From Candidatus Saccharimonadota bacterium (lineage in GTDB: Bacteria; Patescibacteriota; Saccharimonadia; Saccharimonadales; UBA4665), in contig JAGXIT010000003.1 in NCBI GenBank assembly GCA_024635495.1, positions 9,386 through 73,385 of the forward strand: 64,000 nucleotides of DNA, read 5' to 3'. Positions 34,729 to 42,212 of the stretch are shown in pieces. The notes beneath the pieces were generated by a model. That model saw only the letters and a list, made by a program, of their open reading frames with translations, made no database searches and was not told the DNA's origin. Each line of letters opens with the position of its first letter. Within the stretch, counting starts at the first letter, position 1. The translations under genes were made by a program, and so were the position numbers.

Positions 34729-35244
34729 ATTAGCACGCGCCTGAACACCCAAATTCGGGCACCTCAACTTCGAGTAATTGACCAAGATGGCAAACAACTT
34801 GGTGTCATGAGTCGTGGCGAAGCCTTACAGCTAGCCATAGATTATGAACTTGATTTGGTCGAGATATCACCTACTGCCGACCCACCGGTATGTAAGATAA
34901 CTGACTGGGGCAAGTACAATTACCAAAAAACGAAGCAACAGCAGAAGAATCGCAAGAACGTGAAAACATCTGAACTGAAGCAGATGCGTTTTGGCCTCAA
35001 GATTGGCGACCATGATCTTGCGGTAAAGACCAAGAAAATTACCGGTTTCTTAGAGGCTGGTCACAAAGTAAAGGTCATCATCTTCTTCCGAGGACGCGAG
35101 CTAGCACATAAAGATATAGGATTTAAGCTTGCTGATAGAGTCATTGAAGAATTCGGTGAGAATATCGCAGTTGATCAAACCCCACAACTCAACGGCAAGC
35201 AATTAATATTCGTTATAAGGAGCAATCAGAATGCCAAAACTTAA
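34729..35244 (+). CDS. infC: Translation initiation factor IF-3, with probable non-AUG (AUU) start
   Basis: The track ORF starts at ATG 34807. The in-frame upstream sequence from ATT 34729 reads ISTRLNTQIRAPQLRVIDQDGKQLGV, the conserved IF-3 N-terminus. In-frame stop at 34708. AGGAG at 34711-34715. Confidence 0.85.
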   Translation: MSTRLNTQIRAPQLRVIDQDGKQLGVMSRGEALQLAIDYELDLVEISPTADPPVCKITDWGKYNYQKTKQQQKNRKNVKTSELKQMRFGLKIGDHDLAVKTKKITGFLEAGHKVKVIIFFRGRELAHKDIGFKLADRVIEEFGENIAVDQTPQLNGKQLIFVIRSNQNAKT

Positions 35245-35425
35245 AACCCACAGTGGCACTAAGGACCGCGTACGAATCACCAAGAATGGTAAAGCACGCA
35301 TCCGACACAGCCACGCAAGCCACTTCCTACAAAAGAAGTCCGGTGCCCGTAAGCGTAAGCTTGCAGGTCTCGAAACGTTAAACAAGACGAATACTAAGAT
35401 AGTTCGTAAGAATTTAGGAGCTTAA
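35231..35425 (+). CDS. rpmI: 50S ribosomal protein L35
   Basis: 64 aa. [21 protein letters not shown]... is a typical L35 sequence. Confidence 0.93.
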   Translation: MPKLKTHSGTKDRVRITKNGKARIRHSHASHFLQKKSGARKRKLAGLETLNKTNTKIVRKNLGA

Positions 35426-35427
35426 AA

Positions 35428-35778
35428 ATGCGAGTTAAAAGAGGCGTCCCTGGTCACGCTAAACATGTTAAAATCCGACAAGCCACAAAAGGCATGTCAC
35501 ATCCAAACCGCGTAAGCGTACGACGCGGCCGTCAGGCTGTTACCCGTAGTTTGCAATTTGCATACCGCGACCGTCGTAATCGTAAGCGAACCTTCCGCGC
35601 ACTATGGAATACCCGTATCAACGCAGCAGCACGTTTGAACGGCACGACATACAGTCGGCTTATCGCTGGACTTAAGAAAGCAAACATCGAGCTAGACCGC
35701 AAAGTACTTGCTGAGTTAGCAGTAAACGAACCACAAGCGTTTACGGCAGTTACTAAAGCTGCAGCTGCCACAAAATAA
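35428..35778 (+). CDS. rplT: 50S ribosomal protein L20
   Basis: 116 aa. [16 protein letters not shown]...[25 protein letters not shown] is a typical L20 sequence. Confidence 0.95.
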   Translation: MRVKRGVPGHAKHVKIRQATKGMSHPNRVSVRRGRQAVTRSLQFAYRDRRNRKRTFRALWNTRINAAARLNGTTYSRLIAGLKKANIELDRKVLAELAVNEPQAFTAVTKAAAATK

Positions 35779-35795
35779 TTTAGAGTTATTTTGCG

Positions 35796-35824
35796 AAAAA
35801 CCTCTCACTAGAGAGGTTTTTTTG
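35796..35824 (+). terminator. Intrinsic terminator after rplT
   Basis: AAAAACCTCTC-acta-GAGAGGTTTTTTT. Confidence 0.8.
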
Positions 35825-35851
35825 TACGTAAGTACACGCGCCCAAACCATG

Positions 35852-35860
35852 TGCTATAAT
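35852..35860 (+). promoter_or_regulatory. Extended -10 promoter element TGcTATAAT for RNase P RNA
   Basis: Lies 7 nt upstream of the inferred P1 helix start. Confidence 0.55.
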
Positions 35861-35867
35861 TACCCCT

Positions 35868-36214
35868 GTTAGATTACCAGCTAATCGCTAGTACTTTTAT
35901 AGAACTAGAGGAAAGTCCGGGCAGCATAGGGAGTGACAGTCGCTAACAGCGACCGGGGGTAACCCTAGGGAAAGTGCCACAGAAACGAAACAGCCTACCT
36001 CGGTGGGCTACGATGAAACGAGCGGTGTAAGAGACCGCAGTCTCTCCTGGTGACACGAGAGAGAGGTAAACCCTGTCTGCTGCAAGGAGTGGGCTATCAG
36101 CGTCCCCGCGACGCCCACGTTTAACCCCGCTTGAGCCCATTGGCAACGATAGGCCTAGATAGATGATTAGCGCCCTTTTTAAGGAGCACAGAACCCGGCT
36201 TACGGTAGTCTAGC
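35868..36214 (+). ncRNA. rnpB: RNase P RNA, bacterial type A
   Basis: Universal blocks GAGGAAAGTCCGGGC and ACAGAACCCGGCTTA. P1 helix GTTAGATTACC / GGTAGTCTAGC closes the molecule (G-U pairs included). Confidence 0.93.
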
Positions 36215-36220
36215 AATAAA

Positions 36221-36253
36221 ATACCCCAAGTTATATCAACTTGGGGTATTTTC
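36221..36253. terminator. Bidirectional terminator between rnpB and the RNase H fusion gene
   Basis: ATACCCCAAGTT-atatca-AACTTGGGGTATTTT, with an A-run on the left. Confidence 0.8.
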
Positions 36254-36270
36254 TAATGAAGCACAACTAC

Positions 36271-36984
36271 TTAGCCAACGTGCTGAGTTGGGTGTTGCAA
36301 CTCTATATCGAGCGCCTTATTTACCTGAGCATCAGCAAGTTTATTAAGCTCTCGTGGCACATGATCAAAGCTTATTTTTTTGAACTTCGGAACTAACCTT
36401 GTGATAGCATCATGTATTGGCCATAGGTCTCTATTCTTCACTTTGAAAATATGCTTCATCTGATTTACGACGAGCATGCTATCCATGTACACATAGATTT
36501 CCCTAACCTGAAATGTATGCAATGCCGCCTCGAGTCCGAGCTTGAGTGCTTGGTATTCTGCTTGATTATTCGTTGTAATACCTAGATAGACACCGTCTTC
36601 ATATACCACATTCCCGGCCATATCGAGTAAGACAAACCCACTAGCTGATGGGCCAGGATTACCACGTGAGCCGCCGTCTGCATAGAGTTGCAGCTCTGTA
36701 AAATGTGTAGACTTTTTGTCAACACCATTATCCAACTTGGTTTCATTCGGATGATCTGCAAGTGCATCTATCGCATGCGCGAGATCCCAATCCTTTTCTG
36801 TGATTTCTCGCTGGTCATTGTGAGTAGTCAGCCAAAACTCAACAACGTTCCATTCATTCTGCCAGCGAGGATGATGGTCCATTTCGTTTACCAGTTCGGT
36901 AACACGCCCCATAAATTCCCATGCCGCCCGAAAATCTGTAAAGACAAATTGTTTATATAAGCCATGTTTTGTTTCATTCCACAT
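36271..36984 (-). CDS. Fusion protein: pterin-4a-carbinolamine dehydratase (PCD/DCoH)-like domain + RNase H (type 1) domain
   Basis: 237 aa. The N-terminal ~95 aa carry the PCD signature EMDHHPRWQNEWNVVEFWLTTH. The C-terminal domain carries YADGGSRGNPGPSASG, NNQAEYQALKLGLE, YMDSMLVVNQM and ELNKLADAQVN (RNase H DEDD context). Confidence 0.75.
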   Translation of the reverse strand: MWNETKHGLYKQFVFTDFRAAWEFMGRVTELVNEMDHHPRWQNEWNVVEFWLTTHNDQREITEKDWDLAHAIDALADHPNETKLDNGVDKKSTHFTELQLYADGGSRGNPGPSASGFVLLDMAGNVVYEDGVYLGITTNNQAEYQALKLGLEAALHTFQVREIYVYMDSMLVVNQMKHIFKVKNRDLWPIHDAITRLVPKFKKISFDHVPRELNKLADAQVNKALDIELQHPTQHVG

Positions 36985-37069
36985 ATGTTTATAGTACCAT
37001 GCGATATCCTCAAAACCTCTTGAATGTTATAATCCTACCCGTGCCAGATAGTAAGCCAAAAAAAACCGA

Positions 37070-37145
37070 CGGGGTGTAGCGCAGTTGGTAGCGCGTACGG
37101 CTGGGGGCCGTGAGGTCGCAGGTTCAAGTCCTGTCACCCCGACCA
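37070..37145 (+). tRNA. tRNA-Pro (GGG), CCA encoded
   Basis: CGGGGTGTAGCGCAGTTGGTAGCGCGTACGGCTGGGGGCCGTGAGGTCGCAGGTTCAAGTCCTGTCACCCCGACCA. Anticodon loop CU-GGG-GG. TGtTATAAT extended -10 element at 37025-37033. Confidence 0.88.
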
Positions 37146-37252
37146 AAGTAAAAACTACTTTTTTCATATAGATGCGGAAGTGGCAGTGCGGTATGATGGA
37201 AAGTTTTTAGCATAAGTACTATACTGCAAATACGGATTGTTAATTTAATAAA

Positions 37253-37819
37253 ATGGGGTACGGCACTATGGCTAGTAGAAAAACATCAGACAGGAAGACT
37301 ATCGACAAAATTCTAGTACTATTTGGTACAGCGGCAACGGTATTGCTGCTCGTGATAGGTGGCTTAGCGTGGTATGGCTACAGTTTTGCAAGTAATATGG
37401 TGCGGGATGAGTTAAGTGCACAGAAGATATTCTTCCCACCGGCTGGTAGCGCAGCATTGTCTGCGAGTGAGTTCCCTGACCTGCAAAAGTATGGTGGTCA
37501 GCAAGTTGTAGACGGTGATATGGCCAAGGCATACGCCAATGGCTTCATTGGCCGACATCTAGAAAAGATTGCAGGCGGTAAAACATATGCCGAAATCAGC
37601 TCTGCAGCCAGGGCAGACCCAACAAACACAGCTCTGCAGACACAAAAATCCACACTTTTCCAAGGAGAAACTCTTCGGGGCATGCTTCTCGGCAATGGCT
37701 ACGGCTTCTGGACCTTTGGTATGATTGCGAAGTGGGCTTCAATTGCATCGTTTGTAGCAGCTGGCACAATGGCTCTCCTGAGCCTGCTTGGCTACAAGCA
37801 CTACAAGAAGCTTAACTAA
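37253..37819 (+). CDS. Hypothetical membrane protein (N- and C-terminal TM helices)
   Basis: 188 aa. TMs ILVLFGTAATVLLLVIGGLAWYGY and IASFVAAGTMALLSLLGY. No family recognised. Confidence 0.55.
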   Translation: MGYGTMASRKTSDRKTIDKILVLFGTAATVLLLVIGGLAWYGYSFASNMVRDELSAQKIFFPPAGSAALSASEFPDLQKYGGQQVVDGDMAKAYANGFIGRHLEKIAGGKTYAEISSAARADPTNTALQTQKSTLFQGETLRGMLLGNGYGFWTFGMIAKWASIASFVAAGTMALLSLLGYKHYKKLN

Positions 37820-37851
37820 CGGCTAGACAATAGTAGTTGTATAAGCTCAAT

Positions 37852-37882
37852 AAAACCCCTGTCGTTCTGACAGGGGTTTTAT
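37852..37882 (+). terminator. Intrinsic terminator after the 188-aa gene
   Basis: AAAACCCCTGTC-gttct-GACAGGGGTTTTATT. Confidence 0.8.
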
Positions 37883-37967
37883 TGCTGGGCGCCAAACTGA
37901 TTAAACCTGAAAAATTCCAGGTGGGTGCCCGCAAATAACAACCACGGCTGCTATTATATGAAGCTCC

Positions 37968-37996
37968 CATATGATTAGTATTCAGATAATCATATG
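37968..37996. repeat. Perfect 10-bp inverted repeat CATATGATTA-n9-TAATCATATG downstream of the M50 protease gene
   Basis: Read directly. No U-run follows on either strand, so it is either a weak terminator or a protein-binding palindrome. Confidence 0.6.
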
Positions 37997-38046
37997 TTGG
38001 CAAGGCCGAAAAACGACCCGTACCCAGCCCTACTAGTATACATGCA

Positions 38047-38658
38047 TTACGGGAGTAGACTAAGGATAAACTGATTGCTTGTCATGATGACGCCACTTAA
38101 TCCCCCGAGGAAAATCAGCGCGATGATGATAAAGAAACCATACGGCTCAATCCGCCGCATAAAGTCCTGCACTGGCTCTGGAGCGAACGCATACAATACC
38201 CTAGAACCATCGAGCGGTGGTATCGGTATGAGGTTAAAGACGAATAGTGCGACATTCAGAACGACAAATATCCCAAGTACCGTCCCGATAAAGCCTGTTA
38301 TGCCAAAGACGCTCAGGATTGCCGCCGTCAGGAATGCCAGAATAAGGTTAGAGGCCGGGCCGGCGAACGCAATCAGTGCAGCACCCATTTCAGCACCCCT
38401 TACTCTAGTCGGGTTAAATGGCACAGGCTTAGCTGCTAAGATGATAAATCCAAATAGTACCCAGGCGATTGCTGGCAGTAGCACGGTTGCAAACGGGTCG
38501 ATATGGCTAAGCGGGTTCAGCGATAGACGACCTTCATCTTTTGCGGTCGTATCGCCGAGCCGATAGCTTACGTAGGCGTGCATGAACTCATGCACGGTCA
38601 TAGCTACCAATATACAGACAATAACAATTAGTAGGCTCATGGCCCAAGACATATCCAT
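38047..38658 (-). CDS. Site-2 protease family (M50) membrane zinc metalloprotease
   Basis: 203 aa, polytopic. HEFMHAYV (HExxH) and NLIPIPPLDG motifs. Confidence 0.85.
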   Translation of the reverse strand: MDMSWAMSLLIVIVCILVAMTVHEFMHAYVSYRLGDTTAKDEGRLSLNPLSHIDPFATVLLPAIAWVLFGFIILAAKPVPFNPTRVRGAEMGAALIAFAGPASNLILAFLTAAILSVFGITGFIGTVLGIFVVLNVALFVFNLIPIPPLDGSRVLYAFAPEPVQDFMRRIEPYGFFIIIALIFLGGLSGVIMTSNQFILSLLP

Positions 38659-38739
38659 ACTCTCTATTATAACAAAGAACTAAAGATTGACTTAGGTATT
38701 AAAAAACTATACAATAACACCTTGAATCAGGAGAAAATG

Positions 38740-38931
38740 ATGCAAAAGTGTGATCTAACCGGTAAAGGCAAACAGTTCGGCAATAATGTCAGTTTTTCTC
38801 AGCGCCATACAAAGAAAGTATGGAAGCCAAACCTACAGAGTAAAACCATCGAAGTAGACGGCAAGAAAATTAAGCTCAAGGTTAGTACCCAGGCTATTCG
38901 TACGCTGAGAAAAAAAGGCATCATAGCTTAA
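38740..38931 (+). CDS. rpmB: 50S ribosomal protein L28
   Basis: MQKCDLTGKGKQFGNNVSFSQRHTKKVWKPNLQ... is a typical L28 sequence. Start chosen at ATG 38740, 6 nt after AGGAG; the track start is TTG 38722. Confidence 0.9.
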   Translation: MQKCDLTGKGKQFGNNVSFSQRHTKKVWKPNLQSKTIEVDGKKIKLKVSTQAIRTLRKKGIIA

Positions 38932-38950
38932 GTTGTAAGTCTCAAATTAC

Positions 38951-38982
38951 ATAGAAACACCCCAGTAATGGGGTGTTTCTAT
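38951..38982. terminator. Bidirectional terminator between rpmB and the convergent MBL hydrolase gene
   Basis: ATAGAAACACCCC-agtaat-GGGGTGTTTCTAT followed by TTG TTT. Confidence 0.8.
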
Positions 38983-39001
38983 TTGTTTCAAGTAGTAATT
39001 G

Positions 39002-39625
39002 CTAGCTTTTTTGCAGCACCACAACCTGTGTAATCGAAATCTCGGGGGTTTTGTATTGGAGTTTCGCAACTGACTCACCTTGCTCAAAGCCGATCGTCTT
39101 GATAGCTTCCTCGATATCTTGCTGTGGGACCTCAAAATTCAAGGCAGAATCTGCGTAGTGTGTTGGCACGACCAGTTTTGGCTCGACTTGTTTAATAATC
39201 TGCAGGGCGCCAACTGGGTCCAATGTATAACCATTACCACCGACTGGCACCAGCATCACATCTACCATACCAATTTCCTCAAGCCTTGACTCGCTCAGCT
39301 TCGGGAAGATATGACCCGTCACGAGGATTTTTACATCTCCGGCCGTTATCTTATACATTATTGCTGTGCGCTCAGTCTCTTCGTCCATGTGTGCTCGCGT
39401 CTGGATACCACGAATTGTTATGCCACTAATCTCATATTCACCAGCCATATCGATAACCATCTTTGTCTCAGGCATAAGCTCTGGGTGTGGTGAAGAAAAA
39501 AGGCAAACATCTCCTGGTTTGACTATTGATTTTGCGCCAAGCTGCGCGAGATTATCGTCAAAGACAAAACGCACCTGCTTGTTCGAGAGTGTTATGCAGT
39601 TTGCGCCGTAAAATTGTATATCCAT
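39002..39625 (-). CDS. Metallo-beta-lactamase-fold hydrolase (UPF0173-like)
   Basis: 207 aa. Begins MDIQFYGANCITLS, like small MBL-fold hydrolases. His/Asp-rich segments ILVTGHIFP and VPTHYADS. Confidence 0.6.
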   Translation of the reverse strand: MDIQFYGANCITLSNKQVRFVFDDNLAQLGAKSIVKPGDVCLFSSPHPELMPETKMVIDMAGEYEISGITIRGIQTRAHMDEETERTAIMYKITAGDVKILVTGHIFPKLSESRLEEIGMVDVMLVPVGGNGYTLDPVGALQIIKQVEPKLVVPTHYADSALNFEVPQQDIEEAIKTIGFEQGESVAKLQYKTPEISITQVVVLQKS

Positions 39626-39741
39626 CTAATCTCCAGTTTTGCGTTAAATTTACATGGAAGCGTCGTAGTCTTTTACCCCGACTTGCCTGCTTATACTATA
39701 GCTCATCTTCCCTGATAGCCAAAGTCTCTACGTGTATACGA

Positions 39742-40362
39742 TTACTTCTTCAGTAGGCCTGGCTTGTCGACTAGTACTTGCATCTTTGAGCGTAAGACAT
39801 TCAATATGAAACGATCGTTTATCTGGACACGGTAGGTAAACTCGTCAAGTGAGAATACCGTATAGCGTAGGTCTTTGCCTTCTTGTTTCTCGAGGTCGCT
39901 GACATATCGTGCGACAGCATTCTGATTTACACTACCAACTATCATGAGGTCAATGCCGCTGGCTTCGTCTCGGGTGAACTGACCAAGTAGACAAGCAATG
40001 TCGACGTTACCTAACGAGCGTAGGCCCTCTTTCTCGTCATCAGTCTCGACAGCAACATCTTCCGTTTCTTTTGCTTTTTCTGCCTTAGTTGATTTCTTGC
40101 GCGGCTTTACGTCACCAAAGATTTCTTCAAGCGGTACATAGAACTCATATTTTTGGTTTACTTCGTAAAAGACTTTGTTGTTGCTCGTGTCGCTTGTGAT
40201 GATACCGATACTCAATAAATTCGCTAGTTCGCGTCGAACGGAGTTGATTTGCTCATCAATCTTGCGAGTAATTTCTCGCACATAGAAAGAGCGGTTAGGA
40301 TTGCTATAAAAAAGTCGCAAGAGCTTCACACGGGTTTTGGATCCAAATAATTGCTCAACCAT
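39742..40362 (-). CDS. Winged-helix regulator-like protein with C-terminal extension
   Basis: 206 aa. N-terminus LFGSKTRVKLLRLFYSNPNRSFYVREITRKIDEQINSVRRELANLLSIGII is a paralog of the 95-aa protein at 3634-3921. Confidence 0.55.
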   Translation of the reverse strand: MVEQLFGSKTRVKLLRLFYSNPNRSFYVREITRKIDEQINSVRRELANLLSIGIITSDTSNNKVFYEVNQKYEFYVPLEEIFGDVKPRKKSTKAEKAKETEDVAVETDDEKEGLRSLGNVDIACLLGQFTRDEASGIDLMIVGSVNQNAVARYVSDLEKQEGKDLRYTVFSLDEFTYRVQINDRFILNVLRSKMQVLVDKPGLLKK

Positions 40363-40428
40363 ACTGCTCTCCTCTCTGCATTACTGTCTACTACACAGTA
40401 TAGCAGGTCTCAAAACTGTATAAAAATC

Positions 40429-41292
40429 TTATTTGTTCAAAAATGTTGTAACAAGCTCTACGGCTTCACTACTGTTATGTACCCATTGAATACTATTATT
40501 ACGCCTGAACCAGGTTCGCTGCTTCTTTGCGAGCTGTAAAGTCCCACGGATAATACGATGCCTTGTTTCGGCTAGGGTTTTTTCGCTCGCAAAGTAATCT
40601 TGCCATTCCCGGTACCCAATACCATTCATGGGCTCGGCCTTCCATCCGTATTTGTCAGCGAGCTCCTTTACCTCAACCTCCAGGCCCGCTTCGAGCATGG
40701 CGTCTACTCGGCGTTCAATACGCTCGTCTAGCGAATCTCGAGCTATATGCATGCCCAGCACAAGAGTATCTGCACGAAGTGGTTTTTTGGTAGGTCGCTG
40801 ACCGCCGTTTTCAATCAGGCGTATAACCCGACGTTTGTTACGCATATCTATACCTGTTGTATCAAGGTTAAGTTCCTGCGTGAGGCGCACTAGCTCACTC
40901 AAATCCATCGTGTCGAGATTAGCCCTTTGGGTAGGCTCCGAGCGAGCCAAGAACCCATAATCATATAAAACACTGTCGACATACAAGCCAGTGCCACCAA
41001 CCAGGATTGGCAGCTTACCTCGGCCATGGATGTCATCTATCGCCCTCATGGCTAAACGCTTGAAGACCGCCGCGCTAAAGCCCTCTTCTGGACCAGCCAC
41101 ATCTATAAGATGGTGCGGAATCTGAGTTTGCTCCTCTAGGGTTGGTTTAGCTGTTCCGATGTTGAAGCCCCGGTACACCGCCCAAGAATCTGCTGAGATA
41201 ATTTCACCGTCAAACTTCTCTGCGATTTCAATCGCAAGTGCAGACTTGCCACTGGCAGTTTCTCCGACTATGACTATAAGGGGTGCTCTCAT
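40429..41292 (-). CDS. miaA: tRNA dimethylallyltransferase
   Basis: Start moved to ATG 41292 (MRAPLIVIVGETASGKSALAIEIA, P-loop), giving an ATGA overlap with the upstream gene. IPP-transferase body with VGGTGLY. Confidence 0.88.
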   Translation of the reverse strand: MRAPLIVIVGETASGKSALAIEIAEKFDGEIISADSWAVYRGFNIGTAKPTLEEQTQIPHHLIDVAGPEEGFSAAVFKRLAMRAIDDIHGRGKLPILVGGTGLYVDSVLYDYGFLARSEPTQRANLDTMDLSELVRLTQELNLDTTGIDMRNKRRVIRLIENGGQRPTKKPLRADTLVLGMHIARDSLDERIERRVDAMLEAGLEVEVKELADKYGWKAEPMNGIGYREWQDYFASEKTLAETRHRIIRGTLQLAKKQRTWFRRNNSIQWVHNSSEAVELVTTFLNK

Positions 41293-41645
41293 GATGTCTC
41301 CTGATCTTGAGGCCACCACAAAAGCGACCCAACATCGACCCGACCATCTATTGTTGGTACGCCCTCAGCTTCAAGCACTTGCCGATGACAGTCTCTACCA
41401 CCAGGGTAGCCGCTCGCCAGCCCACCCTGTTTATTCACGACTCGTTGCCACGGCAAACTCTCGTCACCGAAGTGGGCAATTCCCCCAACAATCCTGGCCG
41501 CACGAGCATTGCCGCAAAGCGCCGCTAGTTGCCCGTAGGTCATCACCCGCCCACGTGGTATCTGTGCCACAATAGCCTCAACCCGCCCCCGAAATCCATC
41601 GTTAGCTTTTAGCATCAAAATACTCCCGTATCGCCTGCCAATCAT
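41289..41645 (-). CDS. Alkyltransferase-like (ATL) protein: MGMT DNA-binding domain without the acceptor cysteine
   Basis: 118 aa. IPRGRVMTYGQLAALCGNARAARIVGGI...LPWQRVVN. The PCHRV active site of Ogt/Ada is replaced by PWQRV. The start may be the ATG at 41615. Confidence 0.8.
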   Translation of the reverse strand: MIGRRYGSILMLKANDGFRGRVEAIVAQIPRGRVMTYGQLAALCGNARAARIVGGIAHFGDESLPWQRVVNKQGGLASGYPGGRDCHRQVLEAEGVPTIDGRVDVGSLLWWPQDQETS

Positions 41646-42207
41646 CGCAGCGCGTTATGTGATCAGGCAGTTTTGTTTCGTATTGATTCCAGCCGTAGTC
41701 CCCAAACAGCACCGCATCAACACCGTGTTCTCCCGCCGAAAGACAGTGTTTGAGCTGGTCATCTATCAAATACGTAGCGCCAATGGTCTTCAGGGCATCA
41801 CCTTTCGTCATATGGATTGAGCTGTCTGTAATCGTATCCCAAATCCCAACAAAATGTATGTCACTGAAAATACCCGGAAAATACCTATCAATCCACTGAT
41901 AAGTTACGTTCTGGATGACCTTTCGCCGTGATGTCACAATTACAAGTTCATACCTCTCACGTAAGTGCTTCAGTACCGGTTTTGCGGCCGGAAAATGCTC
42001 ATGATAGGCAAACACACCAGAGGCGTGCATTTCGTCGGAACGTCTCGAGGTCTCCTCGTTGTCGACACCCCACAGTTTTGCCCAATGCTCATCATAATCT
42101 TGTACCGTAAGTGATAAACCCCACATGCGATTCGTGTATTCCACGAACCCTTTGGCGTTTGCGGCTAGTACATCATCAATGTCGACGGCAATAATTGGTT
42201 TCGCCAT
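41602..42207 (-). CDS. HAD-superfamily 5'(3')-deoxyribonucleotidase-like phosphatase
   Basis: 201 aa. N-terminal IAVDIDDVLA (DxDxV nucleophile motif), VIVTSR, and a late DD motif YLIDD. Confidence 0.7.
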   Translation of the reverse strand: MAKPIIAVDIDDVLAANAKGFVEYTNRMWGLSLTVQDYDEHWAKLWGVDNEETSRRSDEMHASGVFAYHEHFPAAKPVLKHLRERYELVIVTSRRKVIQNVTYQWIDRYFPGIFSDIHFVGIWDTITDSSIHMTKGDALKTIGATYLIDDQLKHCLSAGEHGVDAVLFGDYGWNQYETKLPDHITRCDDWQAIREYFDAKS

Positions 42208-42212
42208 ACTAC

